A stretch of 63,538 bases of DNA, filler included, from Reticulomyxa filosa (lineage: Eukaryota; Protista; Foraminifera), in assembly GCA_000512085.1 (NCBI GenBank). It is 14 parts of 14 records of this genome, joined end to end, with 100 filler letters (N's around TTAATTAATTAA, not from the genome) between each part and the next. Parts side by side here need not be neighbours in the genome. Positions count along the whole stretch, not along the records: positions 7,054 to 13,908 come from ASPP01007466.1; positions 14,009 to 17,460 come from ASPP01011935.1; positions 17,561 to 19,074 come from ASPP01029395.1; positions 19,175 to 27,392 come from ASPP01008627.1; 10 more parts are not named here. The stretch is one strand, 5' to 3'. Below, in pieces: positions 12,934 through 25,284 of the stretch. The notes beneath the pieces were generated by a model. That model ran no database searches and was not told where the DNA came from. It was given only the letters and a program-made list of their open reading frames with translations. A program made the position numbers and the translations under genes. The stretch's first letter is position 1. Each line of letters opens with the position of its first letter.

Positions 12934-13669
12934 TTTTTTACTTTTATCAATTATTTTTAAGCTATAATTTAAGAATTGAGTAAAAGGGACTCTTGTTCAG
13001 GCACAGCCGATAAAATGTATTGTTTTGTGTATCAAGTTTTAGCTATATAACAATTACTCTTTCATTGTTTTGCACAATATTTTTACTTGTTTTTTTAAAA
13101 ATGATTCCTTTTGTAGATGATCACTTGCTATTGATTTTTTTGTATAACACTTGTAAAGATATGCAATACCTTTTGACTTATTTATCTAAATTGGATTTTA
13201 TTGGGCATGAAAGAGTACAATTGTGAATTAATGCGACCTTAAAAATGGACGCTTTGAAGAAGAGCTATTAGTGAATAAGATACGATCTGCTTAAAGTGTG
13301 TAATCAGAAAAAAAAAATTTGATCATATGAATTATTACAACAGTTATAAGAAGTGTTATGTTACAATAAGCATCAAAAAAAAAAAAGAAAAAAATAATTT
13401 CTTTGAAATATGTAGTTTGTGTCATACCCAAATGCATTGTTGAATGGTAATAGCAAAGAATCAAATCAATGAATTAATAGTCTATATTTCCCTAAGTTGA
13501 GCGAAAAAAAAGTTCTTGTTGATTAACAAGACAATTGTGTGTGTTCCATTAAAATATTTTCAATCAATTTTGTTTTCATGGACTATAGGGCACATAAAAA
13601 AAAAAACTCTAAGTGTTAGAAAAGGGGGAAAAAACAAATAAAGAAACAAAAGAGAGAGACAAAGCCGAC

Positions 13670-13821
13670 TTAACGCTCCACAATCCATTTGAATATTTTT
13701 GACGGTGACAAAGACCCCTTTATTAGGTTCACAGTCAAACCTTTTGACGCCTTCTAGTTCCCCAGCGCAATCACCGACACCTAATTCCAGTTCGATTCCA
13801 ATCCATCGTCCGTCATAATAC
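13670..13821 (-). CDS. 3' exon of a CAP-Gly domain protein (1-nt frameshift in a G run)
   Basis: YDGRWIGIELELGVGDCAG / ELEGVKRFDCEPNKGVFVTVKNI; the upstream part is lost in the gap. Confidence 0.7.
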
Positions 13822-13908
13822 CTGCACCATTGTGGTTACATTCAAATGAACAACAACAAACAACAACAAAATGTATATATGTATACATATATATAGACAT
13901 GTATGTAT

Positions 13909-14008
13909 NNNNNNNNNNNNNNNNNNNNNNNNNNNNNNNNNNNNNNNNNNNNTTAATTAATTAANNNNNNNNNNNNNNNNNNNNNNNNNNNNNNNNNNNN
14001 NNNNNNNN
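13909..14008. other. Artificial contig spacer
   Basis: N44-TTAATTAATTAA-N44. Confidence 0.98.
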
Positions 14009-14717
14009 ATTTGATTTTATATTTTATATCACTTTTTAATAAAAAAATTTTGAAAAATTTTCCGTTTTGCTTCAAATTGGAAAAGCTGCATAGAGAAACA
14101 TTTGTTTAAGTGAAAAATGGATTAAAAACTTGTCAATTTCAAGATATTATTTCAGTATATGAGCAAATTAGGTGTACAGTAAGTTGCAAAAAACCTAAAG
14201 TGCCCCTTATGATCGATTTTTTAAAAATATCTAGTTTTATAATAACTTTCTTTAGGATGATAAAAACATTGTTTTTCCATATTTTTTGAAAATTTTGCGG
14301 GAATGCACATAAAACGAATATATATTGATACTATGAAACTTTTAAATCTTTATTTCCTTTTTTGAAATCTTCAAATCCGTAGACACTTTTTTAAAATTAG
14401 CATTGTATCTTTTGTAGTTTTTGAGAATATTCGACTCTTAAATTTAACTTTTTGAATTTTTTTGTGAAATTTGAATTTTAGCTTTGAAATTTTATGTCCA
14501 TTTTTTAAATTTTTATTTTAATATTTCATTGATTTTCTTTGCTTTAATTATTGATTTGATTATTTTTTCAGTTAGCGTCTGACATAACTTTGAAACTTTT
14601 TTTAACACAAGTTTTTGAATTGTATGTGACACAATTTTGAATGGAGTTAGTTTTGTGAAAACAAGTACCAAAAAAAATGACTTATTATTCACAAGTAACG
14701 CCAACAAGCAAAAAAGA

Positions 14718-15890
14718 TCAGAATGTTCCTCCGTATTGTCCTACAAAAAACTTCTGTTGAGATGTTAAACTATTTACGTTTTTCCAAATACTACCTTTCA
14801 TTGATAAAGCACTTTGCATGCCCACTTTCCAGATAAGATCCACAGAACTCGTTTTAGCTAAATCAAAAATTTTGCTACTATTACTACCCCATAATCGAAT
14901 TGTTCCATCATCAGAAGATGACACTAATTTTGAACTATCAGGTGATACGTGAATGCAATTAACAGTTCCATTATGTCCTTCTAATACTTGAATTGTTTCC
15001 CTTGAAGAAACATCCAATATTTGAATGGTTTTGTCCTTTGAATATGAAATAATTTTGGAACCATTTGATGATAACTGTACTCCATTTATCACCCCCGATA
15101 CATGCCTGAATTGTAGAATTTTTTTCCAGTCAGCATATCATAAAGTTGAATTCGATTGTATAAACAACAAATAATTTTAGTGCCATCTAGAGATACTTGT
15201 ATTTTTGTAATAAATTCGTGTCCTCTTATTGATAGAATTAGGTTTCCAGATGATATATCATATACTTGAATTCTTCCACCTATTAAACCTAATACAACTT
15301 TAGATTCATCTCGTGAAAATTGCATTCCTTGTATATCTGAATGCGATACAACATCTTTAAGTATACATCCAGATAGTATACACCACAATCTTACTCTTCT
15401 ATCTGAAAGAGTAAGAAGTTTGGACCCATCTAGAGAAAATTGTACTTCCTTTACGCCAGAATATTCTTCAAAACATTGAATTAGTTCTCCTGATGTTATA
15501 TCCCATAGGTTGACTGTCCTATCATCCAACCAATATGACAAAACTTTGGAGCCATCTGGTGAAAATAGAACTCCACGTACAATATTTGAATGACCTTCAA
15601 AAACTCGAATTTGTTTCCCAGATTGTGTCCCATAGCCTAACTGTTTTACCTGCTGAAGATGACACAATCTTAGAACCATCAGGTGAAAATTGTACTACTG
15701 TTAGAATATCTAGGTATTTGTCTGTTAATTGGAAGTATCTTTCTAGATCCAGTACGTGAATGGTATTACAACATAATAAAATTTTCGGTTCTTTTGGAAA
15801 AAATTCCACATGTTCTATACAAGTGAAACTTTTAAACCATCGAATTTGCTTTTCAGACAAAACTTTCCCACAATCTTTTTCTGAAGCCAC
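14718..15890 (-). pseudogene. WD40-repeat gene with two frameshifts (pseudogene or assembly errors)
   Basis: Three overlapping ORFs with GH...V.FSPDG...IRLWD repeats; frame changes near 15625 and 15120. Confidence 0.75.
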
Positions 15891-16144
15891 TTAAATTAGC
15901 AATACATATATTTTTTGGACTATTTTGGCGTGTAACATCTACGACGTGTTGACTGAAAAAAATCAACAATATTTTAGAAAAAAGATTCATTACTTTCTTT
16001 TTGCAGATATTTTATTCACTTTTTCATCTGACAAGATATCATTTTTTATCCCTCTAAATTTTGCATATGCACGTGCGTGGTGTTTTGTGAATCGTTAAGT
16101 CAGAATTTTTTATTTTGGGTCATCTACCAATACACGCTCGCGCA

Positions 16145-17460
16145 ATGGCAGAAGAGCCAGGAAAAGAAGAAATTAAAATTTTTTTAAAAGTATTGAGAAC
16201 ACAGTATGTGGACAAGATTTTAGAGCAACTGTTCGACGTTTTAGAATGCGACGACATGGAAAGCGTAGTCGTCCTACCGGATGAAAAATGGCGGGGTATA
16301 TTCAAAGAAGTAGGGCTGAGTGAAGGTCAACAACCAAAACTATTGAATGCATTGAACGAATGGCGCAGAAAAAAAAATTTGGAACCACTTGATGTCAATG
16401 CATTTATGAGAGGAGGTACCGAAAAACCGCAGTTAAAAAAAAATAGAGTTGCTCTTTTAGTACATTTTCAGTTTATAAAGTGACCAATGGATTTTTTATT
16501 TTTGGAAAAACATTATTTCATTGTAAACAAACAAAATTGAAAGACCATCAAAACCCGTTGAAGCAAACCCCGAAAGCAGTAAAGAACCCACCAAACCAAA
16601 TATCCAAAACAACGAAGAAATCAAAGAAGAAAAACCAAAATGTGGGACAGAGCCTTTTCCAAAGGATAGCGAGAAAGCCAAAGAACCTTCTCTAAAGGAT
16701 GATGAGAAAGCCAAAGAACCTTCTCTAAATGATGAGAATACCAAAGAACCTCCTCTAAAAGATGACGAGAATGCCCAAGAGCATCTCCCAAAGGATGAGA
16801 AACCCAAAGAACCAGTTCCAAAACAAGTAGAGCATGAAGAACAACCCACTCCAACAAAGAGCGAAAGCAAAAGCAAACCCGACCAAAACATCCTCAACAG
16901 TAAAAAAAATACCACTGACGAAGATGTTAAAGACGGAGTAAATCCCACTAAAAAAAAGGAGAACATGAGCACAGAAAAGTCGAAAAAAAAGTAGAGTATG
17001 AAAAAGTCAAAAAAAAAGTAGAGTATGGAAAAGTCGCAAATGTTAATCCGCGATCAAGCATTGTTACTTTTGACTTGAAGGTGACATTGACAGCACTGCA
17101 CATTTTTTTTTAATTTGTACAAATGGAAGAAGATGAGGAAAAGCTTTTTTTTGATTGTTGTTAAAATATCATTACAGAACGGCCAAGAACTGAACTTACA
17201 GTTAAACAGACTGCCGGAACATTTGCAATTGAAGCAAGGCGATGAAATACAGTGCACGTATACATTAAATGAAGATAAAAAAAATGGTGGTGGAAAAAAT
17301 TGAGAAGCCCATGTATGAAGAATGGGTCACGTGTGCTAATAAAACGTTCTTGGTGTCGATAAAACCCCACTCTGACACAAAAAAAGTTACGTGTTTTGAT
17401 GGTTGTGTTGCACAAACAGTTGTTTCTTCACACTCGTAGTTGCTTTTTTTTTTTTTTTTT
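16145..17460 (+). CDS. Protein with a SAM-like N-terminus, K/E/P tandem repeats and a cold-shock/OB-like domain; truncated
   Basis: VGLSEGQQPKLLNALNEW (SAM-like); KDDEKAKEPSL repeats; YGKVANVNPRSSIVTF...LQLKQGDEIQCTY (CSD-like). Frameshifts lie in A runs. Confidence 0.45.
16659..16820 (+). repeat. Coding minisatellite, 30-33 bp unit, about 5 copies
   Basis: aaggatgatgagaaagccaaagaaccttctcta and variants. Confidence 0.85.
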
Positions 17461-17560
17461 NNNNNNNNNNNNNNNNNNNNNNNNNNNNNNNNNNNNNNNN
17501 NNNNTTAATTAATTAANNNNNNNNNNNNNNNNNNNNNNNNNNNNNNNNNNNNNNNNNNNN
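17461..17560. other. Artificial contig spacer
   Basis: N44-TTAATTAATTAA-N44. Confidence 0.98.
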
Positions 17561-17579
17561 TTTTTTTTTTTTTTACACG

Positions 17580-19074
17580 TACCAATTGATTTAATTGATA
17601 TCAAAACACTTCTGTTAACTTTGTGCACTTTCCTGTGGCTACTGCCGTGAAAGTAGAAATTCTTAAATATCATTTGACACCAAACTGTGCCCACGTGCGC
17701 GTAGTTTGTACAAACTTCCAAACGCTTGCTTCTTCATTCTTCAAAGACTTCTATATTTCTTTGGCACTAGATATATTTGAATTTTGTGTGCAATGAATAT
17801 CTAATTACGTAATCTCTTATGCACAAAAAGACGAATTGTCGCAGTAATGATAAACATTAATAAACTCCTACAAAAAAAAGAAAAAAATTTGTATTGGAGA
17901 AGTTGATAATGATGACTCTTCCTTTTTGACTATTTAATTAAAGCTTGATCTATCAAATTCTTTAATTGATACCTTTTCAAGCATCCATTGCTTCAAGCCT
18001 TGCATCAAGTTTTAAGCATTAAAATAAGTGAACTTGTTGCACATTCAATTAAATCGATAAATAATTCAACAAAACTCCATTATTGATTAAATCGAAAATT
18101 AAATAAAAACTTTGTAATTTTTGAAAAAGGATATCCCAAATTTGATTAAACATTCGAGAAAAAAAAAATGTTTGACGAGAAAGAAAACCAAAGTGAACCA
18201 CACACAATAACTAAATTTTACCAACATTGCTATTGAAGCAATTTAACAAATTGATTTATGCTTTTGATTTTTTCTTCAGCAACAATTTATTTAATCCATG
18301 TTTTAGTATTGTAATAGCATTTCTGCAAGTTTTTGATTTTATTCATAAATAATATCTCCAATTTTGTACTGTTCAGAATTGATTTCTCCTTTCTACTCAT
18401 GTGACGGACAGCGTCTTTGTCGTCATTAAAGAGTTGGCAGCTGGCCTGCATTCAAGGCTACAAACTTCACTCATTCTATAGTCAGCCCGGAAAGAGTCTT
18501 GAAATCAAGAATTTCAGCCTATCCAAACAAATTTTTTTTTGGATATACGTAAAAAAAACATTTTTGTTTGCACACGACAAAAAGAAAAGAAAAAAAAAAA
18601 AGAAACCAAACTTCTTCTACGTCACATCTTTGATTCCTGACATAAAAAAAAAATATAATATCCACATTTCATTAGCACTTTTTTTTATCGGCTTGGATAT
18701 GTCCAATACTGTCACGGGACGCACACTTGAGCGGCCATATTTCCATTACTTTTTTTTTCCATCCAAACCGTTTTTGCGTATCATTTGATATCGATCATGA
18801 CTGCGTCGTAGTTTGTACGCACCACAAAAACTCTTGTACTCATTCTTCGATTACTCGTATCTTGAGCAATTTCTTTCTTTTTCTTCATTGCTATCCTACA
18901 CTTGGTGATGTTCTTTAGAGTTTGAAACGGGTCAACGAAACAACTTTCAAATCTTCTTTTGTATCTAACATCACAAATCTCCAACACGTTGAAATCCATT
19001 GTTTTCTATGATGAGGTCTCAAAATTTCCGCAACACGTCATTTTGGGCATTACCCAATGGGGGCCATCCCAATA
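17580..19074 (-). pseudogene. Decayed multi-exon gene, possibly IRG/IIGP-like GTPase C-terminal half
   Basis: Fragments YWDGP, RVFVVRTNYD (compare IRG FYFVRTKVD) and AEILDFKTLSGLTIE*; several in-frame TGA/TAG codons. Confidence 0.3.
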
Positions 19075-19174
19075 NNNNNNNNNNNNNNNNNNNNNNNNNN
19101 NNNNNNNNNNNNNNNNNNTTAATTAATTAANNNNNNNNNNNNNNNNNNNNNNNNNNNNNNNNNNNNNNNNNNNN
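19075..19174. other. Artificial contig spacer
   Basis: N44-TTAATTAATTAA-N44. Confidence 0.98.
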
Positions 19175-19198
19175 TTTTTTTGTTTGTTGTTTGCTTGT

Positions 19199-19630
19199 TT
19201 AAAAGAGATAGTGTTTAGATCTTTCATTTTCTTTTCTTTTTACCTTTCTGAATAAAACAGGATTCAAAGTAAATGTACGCCAAAATGACCTTGACAGAGT
19301 AAACAAATGTTCAAAAGAATCGTGATCCAAGAAAGAGAAAATATATGCCTGCATGGTCGTTGGCAAAATTTCATCAAAGGAGCCTGTACACAAATATATA
19401 TCACGAATCTTGTTTTGTACTGAAAAACATTCTGCATTTTTGTTCTTCTGACACTTTTCTATTTCCACATCCAGCTTTTTCCTGAGAATTTCTTTCAGTT
19501 CTTCAAAACTGAAGACCGAAAAAAATCTTGTCAAGTCTTTTACATTTTGTAATTTGTCCATTCGACGTAGTATTTGCTTGTACATGTGAAATAGTTCTGT
19601 TTCTTTGAAATGTATAGGAAGGGAGTTCAT
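19199..19630 (-). CDS. F-box-like protein, 5' exon (3' part lost in the gap)
   Basis: SFDEILPTTMQAYIFSFLDHDSFEHLFTLSRSF fits the F-box pattern LP.EI...IFSFL....L....VSR.F. Confidence 0.6.
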   Translation of the reverse strand: MNSLPIHFKETELFHMYKQILRRMDKLQNVKDLTRFFSVFSFEELKEILRKKLDVEIEKCQKNKNAECFSVQNKIRDIYLCTGSFDEILPTTMQAYIFSFLDHDSFEHLFTLSRSFWRTFTLNPVLFRKVKRKENERSKHYLF

Positions 19631-19884
19631 CTTTTCCTTTTCTTTTTCCAAGGAGTTTATTAGAAAATTTTTTTACAAGGTGTCCAGTAAAAACTTTATG
19701 AAACTCTTGATCACTTTAACTTAACATTAAAACAAAAATCTACTTTATCTCGGAAAATTGCCTATGAACTACTAATAATTGCATAGCCCTTTGATTAATA
19801 TTTTTGTTTATTTGAAAGTCTTTTGGAATAACTTGTAAGATGCGTATTGTACTCGATTTTGGACAATTGTCTTTCATTGAAGAC

Positions 19885-20100
19885 GGACACATTGGTCGCG
19901 TTGGTAGCATTGAATTTTCACCATTTAATGACAAAACTATTCGTTTATGAGATATTGAAAACCACAATTCATGGTATTCAAAGGACATTAAGTTATAGCG
20001 ATTAGTGTAAAATATGGATCGAATGAAGTAAGAACAGATTTTATCAATTCCGTTAAATGGTTGTGCTGGAATTTTAAATAACGACGAGAGATATATGTTG
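19885..20100 (+). pseudogene. Scrambled WD40 plus Kelch-tail fragments
   Basis: GHIGRVGSIEFSPFN-DKTIRL*DIE, VFKGH*, VKYGSNE, then ILSIPLNGCAGILN, which resembles TLPIQLTGCAGVLS of the neighbouring Kelch gene. Confidence 0.65.
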
Positions 20101-20333
20101 AAGATTTTTATTAGTGATCAGCAGGAACTGAAGATAATAAAACTGCATTCAAATATTTTAAAGAAGCATGAAAAATAACTAATAAATTATTCAAAAATGG
20201 ACTGAAAGAGCTTTAGAAACAAGCAAATAAATTGAGAGAATGTGTGTGTGATATAATTTTTTTTGCTTCCTAAAACAAAATTATAATCATCTTTTGCAAT
20301 TGCTTTGTTGTAGTTGTAGTTGTATTTGCTCTT

Positions 20334-22626
20334 TTACAGTTGTCCCCAAAATTGAACTACTCCATCATTAGAAGCTGAAACAATTCTATTACCATCAGCT
20401 GAAATGTCTAAACCAGTCATATATCCTGAATGTCCTTCCAGTTTTTGTATTTCAACTCCTAATTTCACGTCCCACAATCGAATAGTATTATCCATTGAAC
20501 ACGATATAACAATCTTTCCATCGGAAGAGAAGTGTACATCAGTCGCGGGCGCAAAATGTCCTACTAATTTTTGTAGTAGTGTTCCTGTCATCACGTTCCA
20601 TATTTGAACTGTCTTATTCAACGAACAAGATGCAAAGAGGAGACCGTCTGGAGAAAATTTTACTTTATACACGGATCCTAAATTTCCCTTCAATTTCTTA
20701 ACGATTTCGCCAGTGCTTACATTCCAATTTATAATTGTTTCGTCATTAGATGCTGATAAAAGTTGGTGGCCATCAGGTGAAAATTGTACATCATTTATCA
20801 CTGACGAATGTCCTTTTAAAATGTTTGTTTCTTTTCCAGATTGTACACTCCATATTCGAATGGTTTGATCTTGTGAACTAGATACAATAATTTTCTCATC
20901 TGGGGAGAAGTTTACTTTTGTCACGCCTTTTGTATGTCCTTTCAATATTCGAATTTCTGATCCTGATTTTACATCCCACAATCGAATAGTTGCATCTTTT
21001 GAACCTGATACAACCATATTACCAGTTAATGAGAATTTTGCATCATAAACGAAATCCGAGTGTCCTTTCAATATTTGAATTTCGGTCTCTTGTTTTGCGT
21101 CCAGTATTCGAATTGTCTCATCACTTAACGCTAGAACAAGTTTCGTACAATTTGATGAAAATTGTAGACTTTTCACAGAGCAGGAATACCTTTGAACGAC
21201 ATGTAATGGTTTGAAATATTTCCTCTGTTTATTGTGTTGTAATGTTTGGATACACCATTTGGGACATTAACCAACACCCGAACAAATAGAACGTACCAGA
21301 ATATATCTGCAAATCATAATGTTAAAATCATCTACCCATCCTAATTGGATGGACAATGGTTTCATCCAATGTTCAATTATTGTTTCAATATCTTTCTTTT
21401 TTCTTTTTTTTTTTTTTTTTTTCTCGTACCCACAAAAAAAAGTTTTAAAAGCACATCACTTCTCTCAACTTTATTTCGATATGCATAGAGTAATAAACTT
21501 TTAGCTTTCGAATGTCCAATTCGTCCTTTATTTTTTCCAATTCATGTTTGATCTCTTCAATTTCTATTTTTTCAGTTTCTTCGACATTCCATTGCTTTTC
21601 TATTTCTGTTTCTTCTTCTTTCATCCATGTTTTCACTTCTGTTTTCAGATGTGTGGAAGTTAAGCCCTTTCCATCACTCCCTCCGATAATATGTATAAAT
21701 AAGTCATCTTCACTCAAAACCCCAGCACAGCCAGTCAGCTGAATAGGCAAAGTTTGTTCAAATTTCATCCACTTGTCTTTTGTCATGGAATATCTATACA
21801 CGCTGTTCGAAGCCCGGATAACAGGTCGATCATCTCCACCAAAAATCAAAATAAAATCGTTAACATAAATGTAAGCATATTGATTCAATGGTCTGAGAGT
21901 TGTACAAACTTGTATACTATGTGCTGTAAAGCTATTATTGACTTCATCGTATGTAATAGATATCCCCGTGTGTTTGGAAAATACCACCATTTCACACATC
22001 TTTTTGTCATTCCTTCGTTTTGCCACAAAACAATGTCCTCCAAATGCATAATAAAATGGCAATGTGTCATGCTTGATAAATTGGCATATATTCAGATCAA
22101 ACACGTCAATGTTCTTTGAAGGATAAGTAATGAATAACAAATGATTTTCACTTCCACCAACCAATGCACGCACACCAACATAGTCATCATCGGGCCTTCC
22201 AATTACAATTGGCTTGCCCTCGCTGTTGGTAAGCGGAACCCATTTATTGTAGTCCCTTTGGCTATCCAATTCAATGTTGGCTCCATCGTTATCCCAAACA
22301 CTAACATATCTCATTATTAGTGTATGTCTTTTGAAGAATTTACTTCCACACAGAAACAATACAGAAATATCATTTGGATTCTTGTCGTTCACACGCTTCA
22401 CCACACAGTGCCCATGTAACGAAACATTTTCTGGATAAGAACAAATTAATTTGTACTCTCCTTTTAGTGTGTGGTAAGAAAAACATCTTCGTTCGCAATA
22501 ACCTCCGCAAATGAGAATTTCGTGCTGGTGGATCACACACTGACCTTGAGTCAGCGAAACAGGCAAATGGTTCAAAGATTCAAAATGTGTAGAGGTGGCT
22601 TCTTCGATTTGGCCATTCGTATTCAT
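20334..22626 (-). CDS. Kelch-like propeller + linker + WD40 propeller protein
   Basis: Kelch features (LICGGY, HGHCVV, LIFGG, HIIGG) in 21445-22626. A middle exon (IIEHWMKPLSIQLGWVDDFNIMICRYIL) splices in frame to about 7 WD40 repeats in 20334-21225. Confidence 0.85.
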
Positions 22627-22965
22627 TTGAAGAAAGTCAAAATATTCCGAGCTTTTGCCAACTTTTCCAAAGGGAAATTAGATTCAATTACTTTGAGAGT
22701 TTTTTGAACCCACCGGACTTCAAAAAACAGCCACCTTTAAAACACACGTTTTCAGTACTTATTATTTACAAGGATCATTTTATTAATCTACGTCACAGAA
22801 CGAAGATTTTCACTCCTTTTCTCAGACACCAAGCCCACTTGCAGTGTATTTTGGATTTATTTTATTCTTTTGGGAGCGGATCAACTAGCAAAAAAAAAAG
22901 GTCCTGTTTCTCCGACTGTTAGACCGAAGGGCTCTAAGATTTTTTTCGTCTAAAGGCAAATTTCA

Positions 22966-25284
22966 ATGTGGTCCAGATCATTAATTTCAACATTTTTTGC
23001 ACTGTTCTTTGTATATGAAGTGAGTAACAGCTGCACACAGATAGTAGTAACTAGCGGTGAAAGCAGCGATGTGGACTGGCTAGACGGAGTTTTTGAGATG
23101 GACAAAGAGTTGCGGGTTGATGACCGCTTAGTATACAAAGAAAAGAACGGGACGCGAGTGATTTACCACTACAGTGGAGCAGTGAACAGCAAAGAGCGTG
23201 AGAGCGGAAGATGGTTATTGGGTTCAACAGCCACCATTGGAACGGACAACGCCTGGGCCTATCGTTATTCGTGGAGTATTTCTCCAGACGACCGCAGCAT
23301 CAGCTCACTGCACAACAACGAGCAGCAAGCACAGCCGTGGAAAGTGTTTCAAAGTGATGACTGGGCCGACGTCGACGACTTACATTTTTACTGTGAAAGT
23401 GTATTCGGGGATCATGACGCTATGAATGATTTATTATTCATTACCACGTTACAAAAAAAAAAAAAAAAACTTTTTTTCGCATTAAAAATATGTTGATGTG
23501 TTCCTCCCCCTTTTTTTTTTTTTTTTTTTTTTGAAGAGGTGCGTCCTTGCGAGTTGCAAAAAAAAAAAAAATAATCCCCTTACGTTGCAATGTATACCTA
23601 CCCTCTGCACGCAATTTATAAATACCTTTTTTTATTTTTATTATTGTTGTTGTTTCGTGCCCCCCCCCCTTCTCTTCCTTTCAAAAAAAAAAAAGGGATG
23701 ATCAATTCGAAGATAAAGAACTAACCTATCAAAATATTCATGGGTTTTACATTCGGATCAGTGAAGACACGTTTACGAAGATCACAGGCTCGAAACGGAT
23801 ATTCTTTCGCGAACTAGCAGCCATGTCCGAGCTGTTTGTGGTGACCGATGAATCCACCATCCAAGAGAACGGCTTGCCGCCTGCAGTGTCGCCGAGCACC
23901 AGCAAGCTGACCAGAACCAGTTCGGACGGGCCTTGGACCTTGACCACCAGTGACGGCAAAACTGTCAATGATATCCATTTGATGGTTCTGCAGACGGTTG
24001 AAGACGAAAACCAAAACCAAAACGAAGACGAAGATGCGACGGAAACCATTTACGATTTGATGCGACGATACTTTCAGGAACATAAAGTTGAACAGCGAGA
24101 AACAGAAATTCAAGTATCCGAATTGAATAACAGTTATTTCCAACTCCCTTCTCTTTTTTTTTTTTTGCAGCAATGCAAAATGTGAACACATTTTTTTGTC
24201 TTTTTCTTTTCCTTCAGTCTAACGTTGGGGTGTATTAACCCTCTTTTCTTTTTCAATTTATTTTAATATGCACATATACATAATATGTATATAATATGTG
24301 TGTATGTGTGTATGGACATGGGATTGAAAGAAATGTCTTATCCAATGGTTAGTCTGGGCACTGGGGGATTGAATGGAATGAATGAAAACTATCAAGTGAT
24401 AAAGGACGCTGTGACAAAGTATGGGTATGCTGCCATTGACAGTGCGAGCACGTATGAAAGTGAGTCGACCATTGGCACGTTGTTGACGGAAAACAAGGCT
24501 CTGCGCTCGCAGCTGTTTTTGGCATCGAAAGTGGCACCCACGGATTTGACTTTGAGACGACATTGGACTCAGTTCACAGAACATTGGACGCGATGAAAAT
24601 TAACTATGTGGATTTGTACATGATCCATTGGCCGGTGTGTTATGATGACTTGCCATTTGTTGACTGCAGTCAGAGCAAGGATGGCAAATGGCAACAATCG
24701 TATGATGCATTGACCAAGTTGTATGCAGAAGGAGTTGTTTTAAATCTAGGTGGGCCATATGTGTATGCAATGCTTGTTTTGTTTTGTTTTGTTTTTTAAT
24801 TGGAAAGAAAAAAAATGCATCTACACACACACACATACATGGGCTGTAATTAGGAGTCAGCAATTGGGACGAACAATTATTGAATGATTTGTTACAAGAG
24901 TTTCCCATTATTCCACAAGTAATGCAAAATCATGTTGACTTGACACGATTGGACTGGGACTTCTTTGACGTCCTTCATGAATATAGAATTCTCTTACAAG
25001 CATATAGTCCTCTTCGAGGCTTGGCCCAAGCAAAAGAACCCGAGCAAATTGCTTGGAAGGAATCACTAGACCAACTGGCCCAAGAAATTGAAGAAGATCA
25101 AGGCATTAAGATATCAATTTCACAACTCGTGTTGCGCTTTTTCTTGGAAAATGACATTGCTGTCATTCCCATGTCCACTAAAAGTTTGCATCTACAAGAA
25201 AATAACAATTTTCTCCATTTTGAGCTCACTTCTGACCACAATGTCCGTATGGGTGGTCGAGAACCAGAAAAACAAGAACTGTGA
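22966..25284 (+). CDS. Aldo-keto reductase with a probable signal-peptide N-terminal extension and C-terminal KQEL
   Basis: AKR motifs PMVSLGT, IDSASTYESE, FLASKV, YVDLYMIHWP, GVSN, QAYSPL and VIPMS; 1-nt frameshift near 24552. The link between upstream exons (22966-24113) and the AKR exons is inferred. Confidence 0.8.

Noticed and set aside
17580-18800. In-frame TGA/TAG codons suggesting stop-codon reassignment
   Set aside because: Intact genes end at TAA or TGA and lack internal stops; internal stops occur only in fragments that also carry frameshifts.
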